A program made the position numbers and the translations under genes. From contig JBGSIP010000227.1 in NCBI GenBank assembly GCA_041742495.1, forward strand, positions 1 to 43,423: a stretch of DNA of 43,423 bases, read 5' to 3'. The notes under the pieces are model-generated. The model was not told where the DNA came from. It did no database searches and was given only the letters and a program-made list of their open reading frames with translations. Position 1 is the first letter of the stretch. The number at the start of each line of letters is the position of its first letter. Below, one piece after another: positions 34,490-43,423 of this stretch. This DNA comes from Planctomycetaceae bacterium (GTDB lineage: Bacteria > Planctomycetota > Planctomycetia > Planctomycetales > Planctomycetaceae).

Positions 34490-37400
34490 ATGAGCCAAAA
34501 ATACGAAAAACTGAAATCTCTTCTGAAGGAGTTGTTCCAGCTCGATCAGCCGGACCTCGACTTCGGTCTGTATCGCATCATGCACGCCAAGGCGGCCGAG
34601 GTCACCGCATTCCTCGAACGTGATCTGCTGCCCCAGGTGAAAGCCGAGTTTGGTCAGTACAAGACCGCCGACAAAGCCGAGCTTGAGCAGCAATTGGCAA
34701 AGGCCATTGAGCAGGCACAATCGCTCGGAGCGGACCCCGGGACGCTGCCCAAAGTCAAAGATCTGCGCGACAAGTTGAAGTCCGACGCCGTTGATATCTC
34801 CGCGCTCGAAGGCGAAGTCTACGACCACCTCATCAGCTTCTTCAGCCGTTACTACTCAGAGGGCGATTTTCTCTCCAAACGCCGCTACTCACGCGACGGC
34901 CGCTACGCTATTCCCTATGACGGCGAAGAAGTGAAACTCTATTGGGCCAACCACGACCAGTACTACATCAAAACCAGCGAATACCTCCGTGACTACGCCT
35001 TCCGACTCAGGCCGGACGACGACGCGAAACCCATGCGAGTCCACTTTCGCCTGGCCGATGCCGTCGAGGGCGAGCATGGAAACATCAAACCCCCTAACGG
35101 CAAGGATCGAGTGTTCATCCTGGCGACCGGTGCCTTTGCCTCTTTGGAGCAGGCGGAACTCAGCCTCCGCTTCGAGTTCCGCCCAGCAACTCTCACGGAC
35201 TGGCCTGAAGAAATACGACAAGGCAAAACCAAGCCACCGGCCCAGAAAGACCTGACCGACATAGCCGAGAAGCGAATGCTCACAGTCGCTGAAGCCGCCT
35301 TTTTGCCCTGGGTCGCAGAACTGGCCAAACCACATTTGAAGGCGGACGGCGAGAAGGCCGACTATAAGCGGATACGCGCGCACCTTAACCGGTACGTCGC
35401 CCGCAACACCTTCGATTACTTCATCCACAAAGATTTGGGCGCGTTTCTACGCCGCGAAATCGACTTCTACATAAAGAATGAAGTCATGCACCTGGACGAC
35501 GTAGAGAACGAGACAACTCCGCGAGTTGAGCAGTACCTCTCCAAAATAAAGGTCATCCGTCGCATCGCTGGTAAGCTCATCACGTTCCTTGCCCAACTAG
35601 AAGACTTCGAGAAGGCGATTTGGCTAAAAAAGAAATTCGCGGTCGAAACCCAGTACTGCGTAGCAGTGCGCGAAATCTCCGAGGAATTCCTGCCGACGAT
35701 CCTGGCCAATGCCGCTCAATGGGAAGAGTGGGAATCGCTGCATCACCTGTCCGATCTGACCAAAGGCGACGATGGCCTATTTGCCAAGAGGGCTAAGCTC
35801 AAGTCACCGGAGCTACTTAAAGAGAATCCATCGCTGATGATCGACACGCGGCACTTTGATGCCGACTTCACGGCTCGGTTGCTCGAAGCCCTTGGCGACC
35901 TCGAAGCCAAAACCGATGGCGTGCTCTTCCACAGCGACAATTTCCAGGCTCTCAACCTGATGCAGGCCCGCTATCGGGAGAAGGTGAAGTGTGTCTACAT
36001 AGACCCGCCTTATAACACGGACGCCTCAGCTATTCTGTATAAAAACGATTACAAGCACTCGACTTGGATTAGCCTAACTCAAAGTCGAATGTTGCTAGCT
36101 CATCAATTGATTTCCAAGTCGGGCACGCTTTGCTTCGCGATTGATGATGAAGAGGTCTGTGAAGCTCGTTTGATGCTCAAGGAACTGTTTCCGAACTTTC
36201 TCGGTGTTGCGGCTGTTCGCTCAAATCCTCAGAGCCGCAAGGCGAAGGGCACCTTATCGCCTGCACATGAATATGTGCTCTTTTATGGCAAAACCCACGA
36301 ATCCAATCCTGGGTCCTTGGAAGCAACCGACAAAAGACTCTCCCGATATCCAAAACAAGACGAGAAGGGCCGTTACGCCTGGTTGAACCTAATCCGGACG
36401 GGAAACAATGACAAACGAGAAGACCGGCCGAAACTGTTTTACCCAATTTATGTATCGTCAGACGACAAACTGCGTGTGCCTCCCATGACATGGTCTGAAA
36501 CCACTGGGGATAATGGAGAGTGGATCATCAATGAAAATCCCAAAAGCGACGAGGTCGTTGTCTATCCGATAGCTATTGCTGAAGGGGTGCAAGTGGAGAA
36601 AAGATGGCACCGAGGTGCGGATCGTGTCACCAGCGAGCCAGAGGAATATCGAATCAGAAGGAATGGTGAAGGCGCAGTAAGCATTGACTTCAAGACAAGG
36701 ATGGATGAAGAAGCCACTCCCAATACATGGTGGGACAAAAATGAGTACGCTTCTGCAAATTACGGTGCCTCGGAATTGAAGGCCTTATTCGGAAGGAAAC
36801 CGTTTGATTTTCCGAAAGCACTCGCACTTGTCAAGGATTCTATTTTGGCAGGTGATGCTGATATGCATAGCATCATCCTGGACTATTTTCCGGGTTCTGG
36901 AACGACGGGACATGCTGTTATCAATCTTAACCGCGAGGATGGGGGAGATCGCAAATTCATTCTAGTCGAGATGGCCGACTACTTTGATTCGGTGCTGCTA
37001 CCTCGACTCAAGAAAGTAGCCTTTTCCCCTGAATGGAAAGACGGGAAGCCGGCGCGATCAGCCACGACGGAGGAGACCGAGCGAGGTCCGCGCCTTTTCA
37101 AAATCATTCGCCTGGAATCGTATGAGGATACGCTCAATAACCTGGAGGTTAAACGATCCACAACCCAGCAAAGCCTTCTTGACACTACCGACGCTCAGGG
37201 AACCGACAAGCTCCGCGAGCAATACCTACTGCGCTACATGCTGAGGGTGGAAACCCGTGAAAGCCCATCGCTGCTGAACGTGGCCGCATTTAGCGATCCG
37301 ACGTTGTATCGCCTCGTGGTCAAACGTCCCGGCTCCGATGAAAGCCGGGATGTAAGTGTCGATCTCATCGAGACCTTCAACTGGCTGCTCGGCCTGACGG

Positions 37401-37776
37401 TGCAGCACATCGCCGTTCCGCATGTCTTCTCAGCACAATTCGAACGAGACAAAGAGAAGCGGCTCCGTTTGAAAGACCGCATCAAACCGGACGCGACCGG
37501 GCCATACTGGTTCCGCACGATCACCGGCACGATGCCGGATGGTCGCAAGACGCTGGTCATCTGGCGGAAACTCACTGGCAATCCGGAGGAAGACAATCTG
37601 GTTCTCGACGCATGGTTCACAAAACAGGGCTATTCGAGCAAGGACACCGAGTTTGGCCTCATATATGTCAACGGCGGAAACAACCTGGAGAACCTGAAAG
37701 CCCCCGACGACACCTGGAAGGTTCGACTTATAGAGGGTGACTTCCAGCGGCTGATGTTCGCCACGGAGGGCCAATA

Positions 37777-37777
<1 letters not shown>
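34490..37777 (+). CDS. Large (1095 aa) beta-class N6-adenine/N4-cytosine DNA methyltransferase (type III Mod-like core with long N- and C-terminal extensions)
   Basis: Motif IV '[10 protein letters not shown]' (DPPY at 36002-36013) precedes motif I '[13 protein letters not shown]' (about 36880-36915). That is the beta-class order of the N6_N4_Mtase family. Confidence 0.85.
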
Positions 37778-41055
<3,278 letters not shown>

Positions 41056-41093
41056 CATTTGAGTTCTCACATCATGAAAAAACATAGCGGGCA

Positions 41094-42404
41094 ATGACCA
41101 TGCAGATTCACGCCATTACAGACCTCCTCTCCCATGCCGGGTTTGCCGCACCCGATCTGCGCGTGCTGAATCCTAACCACGAGAACTACACGGCTCTCCT
41201 ACTTCAGCCTCAGGGCGAGATTGAAGCTGACGCAAATGGAGTACGCAATGCCGACCAGGAACTGGCACGAAAGCAATACTCAGCATTCTTAGCCGATGCA
41301 GTTGCAGAACAAGCCGCCATCGCTATTACTCCCGAATATTCAATGCCTTGGCAGGTATTCGAGGACTCCCTTCGGAACGGGGTTGTGCCAGCCCCTGGCT
41401 CGCTATGGGTGGTGGGCTGTGAAAGTGTGACCTTAGAACAACTCGGAGCGTTTAGAGACAGGGTGTCTGATATCGCCACTGTCCTCTACGAAACTCTTGC
41501 TCCGCAACCAGGGCGGTTTCTCGATCCCGTTGTATATGTTTTCTCTTCCAGGCCCGCACAGGGTGGTGATAATCTTCAGCTTGTGATTGTTGTGCAATTC
41601 AAGACATCGCCAATGGGAGACGCAGGGCATTTCGAGATAAACGGCCTTCAGACTGGAACCCGCATCTACTCCTTTGGAAACGGTACAACCCAGCTACGTC
41701 TTGCGACCCTAATCTGTTCCGACGCTTTCGCATTTCTGGATGAGCACGCGGCTGAACTCTATCATCGTACCCTGCTCATTCATATTCAACTCAACAAATC
41801 ACCCAGACAGGCCCAATATCGCCAGTATCGCGCGAAGTTCATGCAATACGATGGCGATGAGACGGAAGTGCTTTGCCTCAATTGGGCCAAAGACGTAATT
41901 GAACGGAGCGGTGACCAAAAGACGTGTTGGAACAACATTTCTGGCTCCGCGTGGTACCTCCGCCCCGACAAGTATGATGACAGTGACACGACGCTAGCCG
42001 AGAATCACAAACACGGATTGTATTATACTTGGCTTCATGACCTGCGGTGCCGTGCGTTGTTTTTCACTTATATCCCGGCAGTATTCGCAATCACGGCATC
42101 AAAGGTGGCCCACCACGGAGTCACTGCGTCAGTATCTCGCCGCCGGGGTCCAATTCTTACATCTACCCGTGTGTGGGACGACGCTTCAGCGAGTTGGATC
42201 GTGCCAACCACCGTCAATGACGGCTTTGCCGCAATCGTAGGAGAATGTGGTGACGCCGCCGCAGATATTCAAGCACTTGCCAGCACAAAGCCATTCTGTG
42301 CAGAGCGAACCTTGGCTCTATGCGCCGGTCAAATTGTCGTTCGCGGTCAGAAACAGGGCCAATTTCGCGGCGAGAATAGGGCCACGTTGTGGGTTGCGAC
42401 TTGA
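41094..42404 (+). CDS. 436-aa protein with an N-terminal carbon-nitrogen hydrolase (nitrilase superfamily)-like Glu-Lys-Cys pattern; function unknown
   Basis: E81 in 'AIAITPEYSMP', K170 in 'VIVVQFKTSP', C208 in 'LATLICSDAFAF', with nitrilase-like spacing. The ORF itself is solid, but the family assignment is by-eye motif inference only. Its stop lies about 5 nt before the presumed IS21 end. Confidence 0.5.
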   Translation: MTMQIHAITDLLSHAGFAAPDLRVLNPNHENYTALLLQPQGEIEADANGVRNADQELARKQYSAFLADAVAEQAAIAITPEYSMPWQVFEDSLRNGVVPAPGSLWVVGCESVTLEQLGAFRDRVSDIATVLYETLAPQPGRFLDPVVYVFSSRPAQGGDNLQLVIVVQFKTSPMGDAGHFEINGLQTGTRIYSFGNGTTQLRLATLICSDAFAFLDEHAAELYHRTLLIHIQLNKSPRQAQYRQYRAKFMQYDGDETEVLCLNWAKDVIERSGDQKTCWNNISGSAWYLRPDKYDDSDTTLAENHKHGLYYTWLHDLRCRALFFTYIPAVFAITASKVAHHGVTASVSRRRGPILTSTRVWDDASASWIVPTTVNDGFAAIVGECGDAAADIQALASTKPFCAERTLALCAGQIVVRGQKQGQFRGENRATLWVAT

Positions 42405-42454
42405 GATGTGGGACGCGTGAGAGAACGACTGCAGGGCGGGGCTGAGAGGTGTCG

Positions 42455-43282
42455 TCAGGCGGCGGGGCGGGGATTGGTTTTGTCGTCGCGGGCGCGGTGA
42501 GCGCGATAGGACTTGCCGGCGATGCGGAGGATGATGGCTCCGTCCACGACGCGGTCGAGCAGGGCCATCGCCAGCGGCGGGTCGCCCAGGTAGTCGCCCC
42601 AGGCTTTGAAGTCGATGTTGGTGACGAGGGCCGTCGAGCGCTGCTCGCTGCGGGCGTCGATGACCTTGTAGAGCAAGCTGGCGGCTTGCGGGGCTTCGCT
42701 CCGTTCGAGGCGGTCGAAGCCGAACTCGTCGATGATCAACAGGTCGAACTTGGCGTAGTACCTCACGCGATTGGGCAGCGTCTGGTCGGCCAGCGAGGCG
42801 CGCAGGTCGAGGAGCAGGTCGGCGCTGGTGGTATACCGCACGCGCCAGCCCAGGACACAAGCGGCGTGAGCCACTGATTGGATAATGTGACTTTTTCCGA
42901 CGCCGCTCTGTCCCGCCAGGACGAGGTTGTCCCCGCGGCGGATGAACTCGCCGGTCGCCAGTTCTTCGATGCGGGAGCGATCGATGGCTTTGGCATTGAA
43001 CTGCCAGTCGAAGGTGGCCAGCGTCTTCGGTTCACGAAAGCGGGCTTCGCGGATGCGGTGCGCGATGCTCCGTTCGCGGCGCTGGGCCGCCTGTTCGGCG
43101 ATCATCAGATGCAGGAATGCGAGGTGTGACAGCCCTTCCCGTTCGGCGCGGGCCAGCGTGGCGTCGAACGCTTCGCCGCGCAAGGGAACTTTCAAAGTGG
43201 CGAAGTCGGACAGGATCTGTTCACGCAACTCGTCAGAAGGGGGCGTCTTCGATTTCGGCGGGCGGTTCGGTCGGTGGCTCAT
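42455..43282 (-). CDS. istB: IS21-family helper ATPase IstB
   Basis: 'FDWQFNAKAIDRSRIEEL', Walker A 'LAGQSGVGKSH', Walker B 'LLIIDEFGF' and 'NIDFKAWGDYLGDPPLAMALLDRVV'. I chose the start at 'MSHRPN...' (43282). Confidence 0.9.
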   Translation of the reverse strand: MSHRPNRPPKSKTPPSDELREQILSDFATLKVPLRGEAFDATLARAEREGLSHLAFLHLMIAEQAAQRRERSIAHRIREARFREPKTLATFDWQFNAKAIDRSRIEELATGEFIRRGDNLVLAGQSGVGKSHIIQSVAHAACVLGWRVRYTTSADLLLDLRASLADQTLPNRVRYYAKFDLLIIDEFGFDRLERSEAPQAASLLYKVIDARSEQRSTALVTNIDFKAWGDYLGDPPLAMALLDRVVDGAIILRIAGKSYRAHRARDDKTNPRPAA

Positions 43283-43423
43283 CGGGGGCAGGCTCCGCGG
43301 GCAAGAGGGGTTGGTACTCGGAGGTGGGACGCGGTTGGACCGCCGCCGGATCGGCATCTCCCGGCACAGTCGGCGGCTCGTTCTCGGCCAGTACGGACCA
43401 CAGGCTCTGCGGTCGGGCCTGGC
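43233..43423 (-). CDS. istA: IS21-family transposase IstA, C-terminal tail (partial)
   Basis: Hand translation of the third minus-strand frame gives '...SLWSVLAENEPPTVPGDADPAAVQPRPTSEYQPLLPAEPAPDEPPTEPPAEIEDAPF*'. This is an acidic, Pro-rich tail ending about 50 nt inside istB, as is usual for istA/istB overlap. Confidence 0.45.
   Translation of the reverse strand, partial: QARPQSLWSVLAENEPPTVPGDADPAAVQPRPTSEYQPLLPAEPAPDEPPTEPPAEIEDAPF

Larger units (their letters stand above)
42409..43423 (-). mobile_element. IS21-family insertion sequence, istB-proximal end (it continues beyond the window)
   Basis: istB plus the 3' end of istA are present. The element end is guessed at TGTGGGAC (42409) because IS21-family termini start with TG. 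The inverted repeat cannot be verified without the other end. Confidence 0.6.

Noticed and set aside
34106-35428. Minus-strand ORFs 34106..34828 and 34889..35428, and similarly 40279..41094
   Set aside because: They are antisense shadows within the SNF2, Mod and Res-like genes. They have no SD and no motifs.
42318-43129. ORFs 42318..42860(-), 42449..42877(+), 42763..43035(-), 42878..43129(+)
   Set aside because: All overlap istB in other frames or on the other strand. The istB frame carries the Walker motifs.

Overview
This 43.4-kb window is a mosaic dominated by mobile DNA.

(1) Left edge. The 3' end of a Zn-alcohol-dehydrogenase gene is followed by tRNA-Pro(GGG) at 645-720. A tightly coupled minus-strand operon of an integrative or mobilisable element starts right after it (666-6577). 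It encodes a large serine recombinase whose ORF runs into the tRNA, an excisionase-like HTH protein, several tiny membrane proteins, a VirD4/TraG coupling protein split into two ORFs, and a ParB-like protein.

(2) 7.2-13.0 kb. A second island-like block carries alpA, a P4-type tyrosine integrase, an orphan tail-collar / beta-helix gene pair, and a protein built from seven to eight 39-aa tandem repeats.

(3) 13.2-16.03 kb. Housekeeping-like genes: greB, a porin and yggS.

(4) From 16.04 kb. Conjugative DNA again: a MobF/TrwC relaxase-helicase with a candidate oriT, an acyltransferase-3 gene, small hypothetical proteins, about 1.2 kb with no convincing ORF, and a giant DarB-like methylase-SNF2 protein.

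(5) 31.2-42.4 kb. This is the most interesting part: a compact plus-strand five-gene operon. It encodes an HTH regulator, an SNF2 helicase, a 1095-aa beta-class (DPPY) methyltransferase, a 1092-aa Res-like helicase with a C-terminal PD-(D/E)xK motif, and a 436-aa protein with a nitrilase-superfamily-like Glu-Lys-Cys pattern. It looks like a type III-like R-M core with extra partners, and I could not fit it to canonical type III, DISARM or BREX by eye.

(6) Right edge. An IS21-family element (istB plus the 3' end of istA) abuts the operon.

I saw no CRISPR array and no rRNA. All functional calls rest on motifs read by eye from the translations. No database search was possible.
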